From Klebsormidium nitens (lineage: Eukaryota; Plantae; Klebsormidiophyceae): DNA of 64,000 bases. The notes beneath the pieces are model-generated. The model worked only from the letters and a program-made list of their open reading frames with translations. It ran no database searches and was not told where the DNA came from. Location of the stretch: positions 358,990-422,989 of the forward strand of contig DF236953.1 in the NCBI GenBank assembly GCA_000708835.1. Reading direction: 5' to 3'. This document shows positions 11,140 to 24,524 of this stretch, piece after piece (positions within the stretch are counted from its first letter, which is position 1; each line of letters begins with the position of its first letter). The position numbers and the translations under genes are program-made.

Positions 11140-14100
11140 CATGGCAAAGCGGTTGAAGAAGCAGTCCGTTGCCGTTAGATCAGAAGTAGCATATTCGTCG
11201 TCTGATCCTTCGACGTACCTAGGAGAGAGGCAAGTAGTAGGAGTCAACCAGAAGGAAAAACGAGGGAGGCGCAACGACTACGTTTCAGCCAAATGAAACA
11301 ATATGTCAGTCAAATTGTTCTGGGGCAGCAGAAGGCATGGATAAAAGGGAGCAAGAACAGTGAACGGAAAAAACAAGATGCAACGAGCGGAGGTTGCACA
11401 ACTCACTCCCGATGCATCAGACCCTCAAGTGTTCCCACCTGCAAGCGCTCCGCAATGGCGCCAGGCGCGTGCATTTGCCCAAGAAACTGCACAGGCAAAA
11501 CCAAAAGGGATCAGCAAACCACAACGGTACAAGCATCCTGCTCAATCCTCGACGCCTAATGAAGATGAGTCCGGACCTTTGCAAGGTAATCGAGCACTCC
11601 CCTTCCGATCACAGACGGGCAATCGATCACACTGTTCAATAGACGAGATCCTGAACATGTTCGATTCCCGTAATCAGCGGTAGCATAGGGCTGTTCTCAT
11701 ATAGCCTGAGCCCTTAGGTACTGATCACGCAAGGAAGAGGACTTCCCCACCCAAATTTGACAGCAGATCTTGCAGATTCAGCATGAACTGATGTTGTCCC
11801 TTAACTTCAATTGCCTAATCGCATCAGAATCACATTTCATGTCGACCTGAAGAAGATGTAAGATTCTCAATAAGTAAGCCCCGTCCCAACAGTAAGGCTG
11901 AGAAGAGGGTTCAATCAAGCGAAACGGGCCTTACGCCATGAACGTTGGGCGTGGTGTAGAGCGTCTTGATCTCGAAGTTGAGGCAGTAGATCGGAGGCTC
12001 TGTTATAAGCTCCCTTTCTGGTTCCACCTTAATCGTCATTGTCAGGAGTTCCGGCATGAATATGTGGGTAGCGTTTCCCTCCTGGCTGATGGTTATAAGG
12101 CTGTCGGAGCTTGTCCAGTTGGAAGCGCCGTCCAAAACCTGACAAAGTATGGGGTGTGTGCTCTAGCCAGAACACTGTGCTTAACGTACTCGTCAGGGTT
12201 GATTCAATAAGGGGAGAGCTCGATAATACAAAACCTTCTGGTGAGGTCTCAACATTGACTTGCAAACCGGCTGCAAAACTTTCAAGTGTGCAGAAACATC
12301 ATGTGATCATGAACCGCGCCTTGGCGTGCGTGGCAGCAAGCGGCAAGGCATTGCTCACAAAAGTTTTAGCTGAGTTATTAATGTCCAGCCCAATCGTGTC
12401 TGTGGCAGATGTCATCTCTAATACGGTACTTCGCTGACTCTGCACGAGACGTTACAAGATTGACAAAAGGTTTGCATTGAGGCGCAGCGCTCACCTGAAC
12501 CGCATCCCCCTCGCTCTCGCGGAAGCGGATGGTGATTGGATGGCTGTTGGACCGCGCCCGCTTCTGATCGAGGACAATCTCGATGCTTGCGTCCTTGTTG
12601 TCTTGCGTCTTGTACACTATGCCCACTCCATCCACCCAAGTTCCTCAAAGAAAGGCTCGACTTTGGGTACCTCTTGCTTGATAACTCTAACGTCAGGAGG
12701 GAGGGTGAACATGTGCGTGTTCAGCTGCAAAATAGATCATCGGAAGTGATGAAGTGATCGCTTACGCAACTAAAAGGAGCTAAGGGCCAAGGAACTATTG
12801 CACTCAATGAGGCTGCCAGCAACTAGAGAAACAATTATTAGTCTCCTCCTGAATCAAGAAAGTCCCGGACACATAAGCTACCATTCAGGTCCTTAGGCTT
12901 TCAAAAGTTTGACACAAAAGCTGTGTCTCCACGTTCCTTTGTCAAAAATTGTAATCAAGGTTGACAACCAGGGAATGTAATATCGGCCAGGATAACACCC
13001 CCCACTGCTCCTAGTCCTAGAAATACTGGAACAGTTGTCCTTTGCCTGAAAAAGAAAAGCCTGCAGAATACAAGCTTCATAGCTCGTAGAGACACAGACT
13101 CGAAGCTGGTTGATGAGTAGCAAGAGCGTAAGAGCGCCACCCAACGACAGATTTGTGAATACGTGTAGCCGTCAACCAAAAGTGCCACTTACACACAAGC
13201 GCCAGCTGCATGCGGCACCAGACTTTATTTGATCACCTTACTGAAAACCGCAAAGCCCAAAAATGGTCCTCTTGAAGACTGGATTTCTCAGCTGCATTAA
13301 AAGCTTGCATGACGACATTCTCAATATCCAGCGTTGCAGCCCTTTGCTTTCTTTGAACTGAACCACAAAAGAAGCCTTGGTTCCTGGAGCATTTCGACTT
13401 GCTCACCGTTATGTACTTATCTGTTACCATGCAGTAGCTCTGGTTGCCTCTGCCGTGAAAGTCCCAGGTGAGCCTTTGGCCATCAGGGCCAGTCAACTCC
13501 AGATGGGGATCCCCATTCAAACCAGAGGAACCTGCACAAAGGTCACATTAAATTGAAGCACACCAAAAAAAGGATACATATGCCTTTCACCTTGGAATGC
13601 GTTGCCACAACTTGCGGGAGTTGATCAGTCATAGATGTAAGGAATTACTTTTATAGGCCTACATGCAGCGTATCTAGTTGATGCTTTCAGGCTTGATGTG
13701 GTTTTTAGCCAGACCCAATAATGACATCATGATGGTGCTTGCAACCATAGTGGCAGACTTCTCCTCTCTTGGACCGTGGCTCAGATTGTTCAAGATGTAA
13801 AGAACATCCACAAAACAAGGCGCTGTAAATCCACGTCACTCTTTGCAGCAGCATAGCCCGGCTGGCTACTAAAACAACCATCTGAAGCATTTGACCAGCC
13901 CTGCCATCTTGTGTTTTGTTGGTGACACTCCTTGAGTTCTAGATTGAACAAGCGAGATAAGGAAGGGGTTGAGGCTGGTATACTACACTCACTGCAAACG
14001 CACTGTTCCCCCCTCGCGCAGTCCGTTCCTTCGGTAGCCTCCGTGCAGCTGAGGACTGGTGCAGGACCGATGACAACGTCGCTGATCAGCAACCAAGCGA

Positions 14101-14164
14101 CACACACGACAGCAGCGAAGGCTCTTCGTTGTAGGCCCAGGGCAAAGACTCCGCGAGTCGCCAT
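11140..14164 (-). CDS. Secreted root-cap / late-embryogenesis-related protein (Root_cap-like, VWD-like GDPH domain), multi-exon
   Basis: Exons 14164-13993 (MATRG...AFAAVVCVAWLLIS signal peptide, Cys-rich), 13531-13407 (NGDPHLELTGPDGQRLTWDFHGRGNQSYCMVTDKYIT), 12724-~12456 (LNTHMF...LGWMDGVGIVY), 12138-11935 (...YCLNFEIKTLYTTPNVHG), 11486-11439 (FLGQ), 11319-11282, 11218-11140 (YVEGSDDEYATSDLTATDCFFNRF). Phases are consistent and the motif order matches plant root-cap proteins. Confidence 0.75.
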
Positions 14165-17100
14165 CTCTCGCGCACCCGACAAGAGGAAAAAGTGGAAGAA
14201 AGCGCTTTCGCCACTGGGGTAGAATCAGCAGCACAAAGATCCTAGTTTGTGGGGATGTTTTATCTTCCGGCCGCAGATGAGAGCCTGGCCAAATCTGCAG
14301 AAAACGAATCTGACACTGACCAACTTGGTCCCAGAAGTTGGAGTGCATCATGCAATTACGGTACTTGATTAGCCAGGCCCAAGTTTCCATTTCTGGAGCA
14401 GAGTCAGCAGACTCAGCACTGATCAAAAGCGCCACCGTGTGAATACCGTAGTGCAGTTTGCACCGCCCCCCGGTTTGGTGACCTGTGCCCGCTGGCTGGT
14501 AGATTGGTAGGACGTGAAATGACACCATCCGTGTACCTACGTGATCACATCATCGGTACCTGTCATGGTGACGGACTGCATTCAGCACTGAGCATAAGTA
14601 CCCATGGCTGAGCCTGAGCAGTGAGATACTACTGTCTACTAGGTAGCTCATGCTTCGGTAGTACTAAATGTGAAGCAGCATAATAGGCAGCTAGTATTCA
14701 ACATAATTTTAATATGAATTGTCAAAATCATTATAATAAAGGCAAAAGACAAAAAGAACATCTCGGATCTCCAACTACTGGTAGGTTTAGTAGCTGGTAA
14801 TCGAATCTTTGGAGAAAAATGACGACGTACCTTAGGAATGCATTTTTTTGTCCATTCCGTAATATAGATTAAATTTTAAAGTATCACGATTCACAAGCTA
14901 GATTCATGTGACAAGTATTCCTACAAGCACATGATTCTTCTCCGACTCCTTCCGACTTATACGGCACGAGATTTTCCGAGATTTTCCGTTCTGCTCTCTT
15001 GGTTTCGACATACGGTACTTCGATTCATGACATGTATGCATCATAGAAAGGGCGCCTGAAGCCTGAGAGAGCCTAAGGTGATGTGAGTCGTGCAGAGTCG
15101 TGACGGTGACAAGCGGTGAAGCGGGGGAGTTGAAACGTCTTGACAGCCCTTCCCCTGTTGCCTACCTTTCCTTTTTCCAGAAAGTTGATTGAGATGAAAC
15201 ACATGGGCTAACTTGATGACTTGACTTAAATATGAAGAATGATTGTGCTCAGAATTTATTCGTATATAAACAGTGAACACTGCAACTGGCATTCGAAAAA
15301 ATGATCTGGCCTCAGCCGCAAAGTCAATCATGATGTCTTATGCTGATGTCCGCTTTGGATGATGACATCCAACACCACTACTGATGAAAATCCTCATTGT
15401 GTGATATCACTTAGTTCCAGGCTCAGCCAATCACAGTGTGTACCTTACCGTATACGGTACTACGGTCTACCTAGCTGTGCAGTGTGTACCTAGTAGCCCC
15501 GCTCCTTTCAATCTACATATAGGTACCGTAGTTGTACCTATGTACTACCAGAATTATACCAGAATCATACCAGTAATTCATACCATTTGGTCAAATTTGT
15601 AAACCGTAATGTTCACACCCTTTGACCTCCTCGTTTTTCGCGTGGAGTAAATGCAGGTGTCCACACATATTGACATGGCCCGGGGGCCGGCCCCCTGCCG
15701 GGAATACTCCTCTGGAGTTTGTACTAACCGGTAGTTTGAGTTGGGAATCGGGATTCTTGGAAACTGCCAAGTAGCCCGGGATAATAACAGTCCGATCCCC
15801 GGGGTACCTTAAAATAAAATCTACCCGCTCGGCAGCCGTACCAGCCTCAAAGTACCTAGGTCCTAACCCAATCCTTTGCCCGCCGCCCGGCCACCAGAGG
15901 GTAGACGCCGGTAACGGTAGAGCCGGGTAGACCATATCCAGGATCCTTCGGTTCGGCCTACCTACCTAGGGCAATACCTAGTTCACAGCAGTACCTACAA
16001 AGAAGTTGCTGATCACCTGCTGACGGGCGCAATAGGTTTATCGCCCGGGCCGCATTATGCATACCCAGGTACCGTACGGCCCTGCATTCCGGGCAAATTT
16101 CAAAACTTCGCGCAATCGGGCGCAAACTTTACAGCCGTCCGTTTATGATTACCCGCGTGGCATTGACCTCTCCATCGACGAACGAAACGGTTTCAAGAAA
16201 ATTAGCGCGCGCGGACTAAGCTTGTCCTGCGGCCAGCTCTACAGTGTACGGTACAGGTGCGCTTTGATACTTGCACACAGGGAAGTACTTGGTAGACACT
16301 TCTCGTAATGTAGTATTCAAATAAGACCCAGTACATCACGTTGTGAAATGAGTATGTGTATGATGAGTGTAGCTGCCGCAGCGTCACCGTGACGGTGCAG
16401 GCACGAGGAAGTATGGGCGCGAACAGTGACTAGTGGAGTACTAGTAATCTAGTAAGCGATGCTCGGATAGCCGTAAAGCGAACAATGACGGTACTGTTGC
16501 AATACACCACTTGAGGCGTCCAAAAAATCATGGTCGTCAACTTTGTACGTTGGTTCGTACTAGCTATTGTCAACGTCACATGCAAGAATGCTTAGCTAGT
16601 CAGCGGCTCCATTCCGGAGTCCCTCTGTCAATGCAAATCGAGAATGAAGTATATCCTAACACGGTGTGCAAAAGCATTCACGTCAGGACCTGTCGGTTTC
16701 ACGTGACATCTCATATTTGTAGTCCAGTCCTCTATGCAACATTAGGGTGGGGGGTTGCAACGAATGGGATGCAATCCTGTCAGCACCGGCAGATTGTGGG
16801 ACCACAATTTTGGCTAGTGTGATCATGCTGGACAATCCCAGTCAGCAATCCTCATGCTGCTCAAGCAAGCATGTTTGCAAAAAGAACTCGAGTAATGCAG
16901 TCACTGTCAGCATCGCAGACAATGCAAAGCGGAGTGCAGGGCTTCTCTAGCTCATATAAGATACTCCGGCACGAACAAGTGCTTCTTCTATTGAGCATCA
17001 GGATACGGGTTCTGTGAGGGTCACCTTGCATGGAAGATAGTCATTTGGCCCGTAGTCTGCAACATAACGAGCAACGCGCAATGTGGGGGTGATGGAGTGA

Positions 17101-17197
17101 TGGCGCGGGGTTGGCGCGCCTTCGCACGAGATCCTCACTCCCCTCGAGAACATCTGAAGCGCACCATATTGTGAGCATCCTTCACGTTTCGTATATG

Positions 17198-17282
17198 GAC
17201 ACGTCAGGAAGCCGCATATGAACTACAGGGTCCTCAGGGCGCATTGCCATTGACATCTTGGCCATTTGGGCGTGATATAAAA
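17198..17282 (+). promoter_or_regulatory. Possible core promoter: ABRE-like ACGTGTC (minus strand) and TATAAAA box upstream of the 17821 gene
   Basis: GACACGT at 17198-17204 and TATAAAA at 17276-17282, about 540 bp upstream of the ATG. Short motifs, could be chance. Confidence 0.25.
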
Positions 17283-17820
17283 CTCGAACGTTGCTTGTCG
17301 TGCGTCCGATGGTCCGCAAATCCCTGGCTGGGCATGTCGAGCACATTTCGATGGTATCCAAGGGCCTGTTTCCATCATGATAGAGCCCACTAGATCATCC
17401 AATGGTGTTTCTACTTTCGCACTCTTGTTTACTGAAAGCTGGCTTCTCTGAGGATTGCCTGATACCCCTTTCATGAGGCACCAAGCAGTTGGCGCACACT
17501 AAAACGTCGAGTCAGCTTGCTGTTCGGGCCGCAGAAATTTCAGTGACCCTAGAGACAGGGCTTTCCTGATCCTTCGAATTACCTGTGGTAACTCTCAATC
17601 AGCACAGCAGTTGTACCGCACTGATCTCAAACATTGTCCCGGAACAGTTTGCTCTTAGGTAAGCAATAATGTTCCTTTTGAGAACGGCACAGTGGTGACA
17701 AGCTGGACATGGTCTCAACCAAAAGACACGGCTAAAGATCCAGAAAGCTCCTCTTGGGTGCTAACCTCTCCTTTTCTTGCTACAGACTCGCTTGATCTTT
17801 TAGCGCTGTCGGACGAAGCT

Positions 17821-20800
17821 ATGGGCTGTGGGTGCCTGGGCCCCGTGTTTGGGGGCAAAAGGACCAAGCGCCGCGTGCAATCCCACTCCGACCATACGGG
17901 GGAGACACCAGCATCCGTCGCTAGCCCTTCAGCTGTCCATGAAGAGGCTGCCGGTGTCAAGTCTAAGCTTCCCCCCGTGTCCGCCGAGCAAGACAAGCCA
18001 CTGCCAGTCGATGCTGAGAACGAGAATGGTCATAGAAGTGGGGGCGAGTCTGGAGTGAGCTCCTCTGCGCTGGCCGATTCAACAGCAGGGGGTGTGAATG
18101 CCCACTTGGCAAGAGGACAAATAAGTTTGATCGGGGCGGCTCCAGAGGCAAAGGGGGCCTTCACCCTAGACGGAGATGCTGGAAATGCGGGCACTGGGAA
18201 TAGGCTGTGCAGCAAGTTGGGAGATGAGCCGCCTACAGATTCCACGAGCGGTAGGCTTGGTGAGGCTGCCGTAGCGCCTGCTTCAAGAGTTGCAAATGAG
18301 GTAGTCGAGAAAGAGAGCGCGGAAACCGCAAAAACTGCATCATGCCAAGAAGAGAGCACTACGGTCACTCAAGCGGCGAAGGAAGGCGAGTTCTCAAGTG
18401 TCAAGACGGACGGTGAAAGCGGTGCGAAGGTGCTGAGCGCCGTGCCACAAAGTCTGGATCGAGAAGTCAGCATTGTGGCGGACTGGCTAGAACAAGGTTT
18501 GGTTGGTCAGGGTGCAAAAGTACCCATGCAGTCAGCGCCCAGGTTAGCAGGGATCGGTGAGGGCTTAGAGCAGTCCGATGTGACCTTCCCCAAGCTCGTA
18601 GTCGAGCTTAACCCAGAAGAGCAGCTTGCTTCTGACAGTCAAGAGCGGAGCACTCAGAACAATAAGAGAGCGAGCCATAACCCGGCAGCCTCATCAGAAG
18701 CGCGTCAACCAAACCCCTCCAGCGGCGATCCGACAGTCGTGTTGACCAAAGCGGAGAGTCCCCTTTCCGCATTGATCAGCGGAGCAGTTCCCATAACCAA
18801 AGAAGAAACCGCAGTCGCGTTGCAAGAAATTTCTGTCGAAGGGAAGGGCCGCGTAGACACGGGCGGCGCCTCACCGCAAGGGGATCCCTCTGGGGCGCCG
18901 CGCAGCTCCGAGAAAAACAGGGCCTCGCACCTGCAGCAGGCGTTCCTGGTCGCGGACCTTGGGTTTCAAATGGAGCCCGTCCGGAAGGAGCGTCCTAAGC
19001 TGGACCAAATTCCGGCGGATTCCGCCGGGGTGCAGAAACGGACGGCGCTCGAGCAGCTGTCGCTTCAACAGCTGGACATCGACGACGACCTGCTCTCGGA
19101 CCTGAGCCCGCGGGCGGAATCCGTTCCGTCGCCCGTGCCGGCCGGGACCGAACCCCGAATAAGCGGAACCGAGAACGTGAGCGGAAACGAAAAAGGAAAG
19201 GCAGAGACCGCTTCCCATGGGGACGCGTCCGAGAGCGACACGCCGGGGCGGGAGTCGTCGTTCCTCACAGACGCTTCGGAGAACGGGAAAATCAACCGGA
19301 ACGTGACGAGGCAGGAGGGTTCCGGCGGAATGCCCAGATCCTTGCAACCCTCCCCGGTCAGTGACGGGCCAGTGAGCCCTGTCCAAGCGGCGCTGCGGTT
19401 GATCAAGCGGAGTCAGAGGTTGGCGTCCCCGTCGAAGAAGAGGCGCTCGGTAGAGTCCCCCGGGGCAGGCAGCGGAATGGGCAGCGGAACCGAAAAGAGT
19501 GGCCGGGAAGTCAGTATCCCAGGTTCCGAACCGGATGCTTCTCCGCCTGAACAGCGTCCAGTGCTCGAGGCGAAGGGAGCCAAAGCGAAGGGGTCGGTTG
19601 AAAGTTCCGGTCGACTGCTCCCGGAAACTGAGATTGAAACTTCTGAAAATTCTCGTAATAACAAAGTACAGAAGCTGAGAGCAGTTTCTAGAAAGCACGG
19701 GGGCCGCCCGGTTGATTTGTTTCGAGCGGAAGAGAGCGCCCAAGAAGACGCGAATTCTCAGGCGTCCAGCCCGGTGAAGCTCCTCCCGAGCGAAGCGTCG
19801 GAGGCCACGACGGTCGGCAGCAGCAGCCCGGTTGGGAGCACGAGCGAGTCCCTGATGAGCGACGCGAGAGTGACACGTGTCGCAAGGAGCCGTGACGGGC
19901 GGCAAGTAGAGAAAGCTCGAGGTTCAGGAAGCGAGAGACATAGCACAATCGAAGAGCTGCAAGCTGGCACAAACAAGAAAGGGCTGCGGGTTTCGGATGT
20001 CATTCTGAGTTCCTCGGAAGCGGAGAAGAAACAGTTTGGTAGAGACGGGAGCCAACGTCGGGCAGTCGGGCCGGTAACGTCGCCCCCGCAGTGGCGAGAG
20101 AAGCGGGGGTCCCAAAAGGCCGCGCCGGAAGGGAAAGGGGCTGCAGGCGAATTAGAAGCTGCCACGTGGCGGACTGCGGTGGCGGGTGCAACAGCGCGAG
20201 GAGATTTGAGCAGAGACGCCTCCTCCGAGGCTTTGCAGGACGGCGACCCGCCCTTGAACTCGAGCGCCCACAAAGCCGAAAACGCCGGGACGGGGCCCGC
20301 GGGGGTAGCCGTGTCCCCGGTAGGACCTACCGGGCACTGGCAGGAGGTGAAAGCGAGCCTGCAGCAGCCGACTCTGAGCTGGCGGGAGAAGCTGTCGCAA
20401 CTAGAGGAGAGCGTGCACCTGTTTTCCGACGCGTCGAAGTTCACTTCCAGGGGGGTGAAGAGCCGCGGATCTGGGGTCGCGAAGGACCCCCTAGCGGACG
20501 TGGTGCCATCAGTGGGGTCGAAAAGCGCACGGGGGAGGGAGAGTGGTCGGGAGGTACGTACCGGGCAGGTTGCGCCGGGGCAAAAGGGCCTGAGCCGCAG
20601 CATTACGACGCCGAGTAAGAGGGGGGTGTGGAAAGAGGAGGTGGGCCGGTCTGGGTCAAAGCTATGGGACGCTCAGAAGGGAAAAGGAGTGATTAAGGAG
20701 GAAAAAGAGAGGGGAAGGGAGGTGACGGACGCGAAGCCACAGCTCCTCCGTTCGAAGTCGCTGCCGCGCGAAAGGTGAGGCTTGGCATCGGGCGGGCTGA

Positions 20801-23752
20801 CTTGACTCGATGACTGATGTACGGTCTCTTTCTAACATACTCGACGACGGAGAAGTCAGATCTCTGTGCTTCAAACCTCGTTTGCGAAAGCCTTTGCCTG
20901 ACAGAAGTTCGATAATGTTGATAAGATAGCTGTAATGAACGTATTGGGCTGTTGTCCTTGCACCGGTTACTGTTGGACTGATTCCATCTCATCTTTTCAT
21001 GCGACTCTGGGGCAGTTCTGCATTCAACTCACAGAAACCGTTCGGATTTGGGACAAGTATGTATCTTCAAACTAAAAGATTGTATTCTCCGTCGATCTGC
21101 AGGCCCGAACGGTCGGACCGCAGCGCCGTTGCGACGAAGCCAACCGACCTCGCGTCGAAGCAGCTTTGGCTGGTGAGCCCTCAGAAATCTCAGCGGTTAT
21201 GTTCTTGAGCGGCCTGATGTAGTTTCTCATCCCAAGGCCAACTTGCCAACAGTGGTGGTCGGGGATGAAACGGGGAGATTCTAGAAGGTACTGGTCGCAA
21301 GAAGGTTCTGACGGAGGCTTTCTAGCTCACTATGCCTACAATCTCCCTGCGCCAGAGGTTCAGAGCACCCAATCCGCTGCACGAAAAGCGGTTAGCGTAG
21401 GCGGCGATTGACGGTGGGAGGACTTCTATTAGCAAACTCCCCTAAGCCAACTTCTGAGCTGACATCTGTGCGCGCGCGCAGGCCGCGGAAGAGAAGCGCA
21501 TCAAGGACGAGGCGGTGCGGCTGGCGGGCCTGGCCGCGTCGCTGGAGCGCGAGACGGAGCGCCTCGAACGGCAGCGCGCACAGGCCGAGAAGCTGGAGCG
21601 CGAGATGCGCGAGCGCTTCGGAGCGGTGAGCGCGCGCCGGACTTGACGGCACAACGCTGCACTTGGAGACGCGGTCTTGGCTGTTACTTGTCGGCTTCTC
21701 ACATCCTGTTCTTGTCGAAACAAGCTGAGAACCGGCCGAAACTACTAGGATTGACAAAGTAAAATATGCGGAAGGATCTGACTGCTCGAAGCAAAGCCAT
21801 ACTGCGAGGACGATTCACTGCAAGCTCGCACATGGTTGACCGGGTGAATCGTCCTTCTTTCGAGCCTTGAGCTTATTTCTCAACCCCAAACCTTCTTATT
21901 ACCCAAGATCAAAGATTCACGCCAGGTTGAGGACTCGAATTGCCGGTAACCATCGCACTTGTGATTGTTGGTAAGCTTCAAAGCGCGGCCTTTCAGCCGT
22001 ATCTTCTCAGTACTGAACTTCAAACCTTGCTGGTCGAATGCAGCTCCACAATCGCTCCGATCGCCCGTCGCCTCAGAGCGAGGGTCTCCCGAGCACCGAC
22101 CGGTGGGCAGTCGGGACTGTGAAGAGGCAAGCGAGCAAGCGGGGCGGCGACAAGGAAGAGGTGAGCGGTTTTGACTCAACTGCAGGAGACCCACAGTCTG
22201 CTTTCACTCTGTGCCACGAAAGGCTTGATCACCTCATCAAGCGTCAAATTAGAGAATTGCTTACGTGCTCACACTCATCAGTTTGAATTTACTTGCAGTT
22301 TGATTGTGCCAGGTCACCCAATATGTCAAGCTGTTCAAACCCTCGAAAGAGCTGCCATAAATCTCGAAAACCAGCGCCCCGCCAAGCTTTGGATTCTCTT
22401 CCGTTGCAAGGTTCAGCACGCGCAGTGGACTCGTTCAAGAAGTGGGGACAGAAAGACAGCTTGTTAGGTGCTTAACGGCAGAGGCTGACTAGGAACGATG
22501 AAACAACCATCCATTCTATGTTCAGCACTCCTGCTTACTGACCTTGTTTCCCTCCGTCTGCATCAGGCGACCGTTTCCCCGTCCGAGGCGCTTCTCCTGT
22601 CGCCGCCCCGTTCCCGGAGCCAACCGGGATCGCGGGCGTCCTCGCGGCCGCGCAGCCGAAAGGGGGAAGAGCGCGCGCGAAGGTCAGCCGCTTTGCCTTT
22701 TTCCATACAGGTTACAATCCGTCCGCTTGCATCGATAATGAGAGCGACTTGAACTGGACTGTGCATACATTGAAGAGCTGCCCACTTGGGTTCTTACGTT
22801 GCCCTGCCAAGATACTGGGTTACTCAGAAGGCTTTTTGGAACGCAGAAAACTAAACGAATCGCGGCCGTATAAGACCTTCCCAAACATCGTGTGTGGCTT
22901 TGAAAGTTAGCCTTGAACTCATCAGTCCCCCTTCATATACAACGTGATTTCTGTCTCCGTCACCCCAGGTCGCTGAAAGACGAAGACAGCAGCAGCAGCG
23001 GAACAAAGAGCAACCGTAGTGCCCGGTCAGTCCGGCGGAAAAGATTCGAGCGGAGCAAGTCAGCCGGAAGGCTCCGGACTTCGGAGCTTGGACGGCTTCC
23101 TTCGGGAAGGAAAGCAGCTGAAGCTTTTGGATTCAGCGGGGACGAGTTTTTGACCGGAAAGGGGGGAAGATCCGACGCTGAGAAACGGGGGGGGGCATCA
23201 AAATGGGACGATGTGCTCGGTCGAAGTGCAAGGCAGGGACGAAGCGCATCGGCAAAATTGGCAGATCTAGCAAAGAGTGCGAAAGCCGCTCGGAGTATTC
23301 CCCCGGTCGATGTGCGGCAGGGTAGCGACACGCTGGAAGCGCTCTACCGGGCAGTAAGCACCGGTGCCAGATTGGGGGATGACGTCATCAAGCACCAGCC
23401 CACATCAGCGAGCCGTAGGATGACAGGAGATGACGTGGGAGCGCCCGAGGGCGCCACGTCCCCCGCCAGCTCGTTGAGCTCGCAGAACGGAAGCGGGAGC
23501 GCGCGGGAGCGGAAACGGAACCAGCGGACGGAACAGAAGCAATCTGTGAAAGACAGCGCGCACAGGGAACCTGTGACACGTTTCGAGAATGTGAAGAAAG
23601 TACCAGCGCGCGCGCGAGCTTCAGACTGGTTGGAGACGGACGCGGAGACGGACATGGAGGAGGTCCGCCGGAAGATGCGGCGGAAAGAGATGCAGGAGCT
23701 GGCGGAACTCGAGGAATTTGAGGAGATTGAAAAGAAGGTTATGGACTGTTAG
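17821..23752 (+). CDS. Orphan ~1400-aa low-complexity protein with N-terminal MGCGC motif and a short coiled coil, multi-exon
   Basis: Long first exon 17821-~20774 (AAG|GTGAGG), then in-frame exons ~21103-21172 (PERSDRS...KQLWL), ~21481-21627 (AAEEKRIKDEAVRLAGLAASLERETERLERQRAQAEKLEREMRERF), ~22044-22161, ~22567-22683 and ~22969-23752. No recognisable family. Confidence 0.75.
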
Positions 23753-24524
23753 CATGACCCCACGATGCCAACCAACACTGGGAAAATTTGGACGAGCTGA
23801 GTCCTTGACGGTCTGATAACGTGCATCTCGGCACAACCTCTTGTCAAACATTCTTACGCTGGGGACAAGTACATCTCGGAAATATGTGCAATCATGGTGC
23901 TCTTGGTGGCGCTTCCTGCAGAAGGGCTTGTGTGAGGAAGCTCTCGCTCATGGTCAGTGCAGGTTGTACAGCTAGGCCGGTTAGCTGCACCATGATCGTA
24001 CGCGTATCCAATACTTATGGTCCCGGAGACGGTTGAGCGACTCCACGCTGATTATGTGGTGCTTGCATCAACGTGGGCGGCCCGGCCAAGGTACTACCTT
24101 CGTTGCAATATTGTGCACTAGCAGGCCAAACCTTTTCAAGAAGCTAGCTCTGATAGGATACTGCAATTAAGACGAGGACGAGATAAGGAATATAAAGGCC
24201 GCGTGGGTGCCTATGGAGCTCATGTCAAAAGCATTGCACATGCAGTCCCGATGGTATGCACCAAGTGCGATGACGTATTTAAATTGGCAGTGATCCATAT
24301 ACTCTGAAAGAGCATGAGATATGGGTCACTTAAAAATTCTCAGACAGTTGTTCACGAACGCTCCAATCGGCCTCGTCAATCCAGAGGAGCGGGCTAGATG
24401 TGCTTCAAATCTACCGGAGGTCTCGGCGGCAGGAATGAATCATGGCAGCTAGGCAGACCGGCCGGGAGTATCAGCTCCCCAAGAAGAATCAGATTTATCC
24501 GCGGCCCTTTGCAGCATCAGAAAC

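Noticed and set aside
15591-15935. 114-aa minus-strand ORF as a transposase remnant
   Set aside because: No transposase motifs, lies in the GTAC/CCGG-rich spacer, and no TIR pair found.
18871-20603. Long antisense ORFs (344 and 281 aa) opposite the 17821 gene, and similar ones opposite 5677-8227 and 38198-39217
   Set aside because: Shadow ORFs expected opposite GC-rich coding exons.
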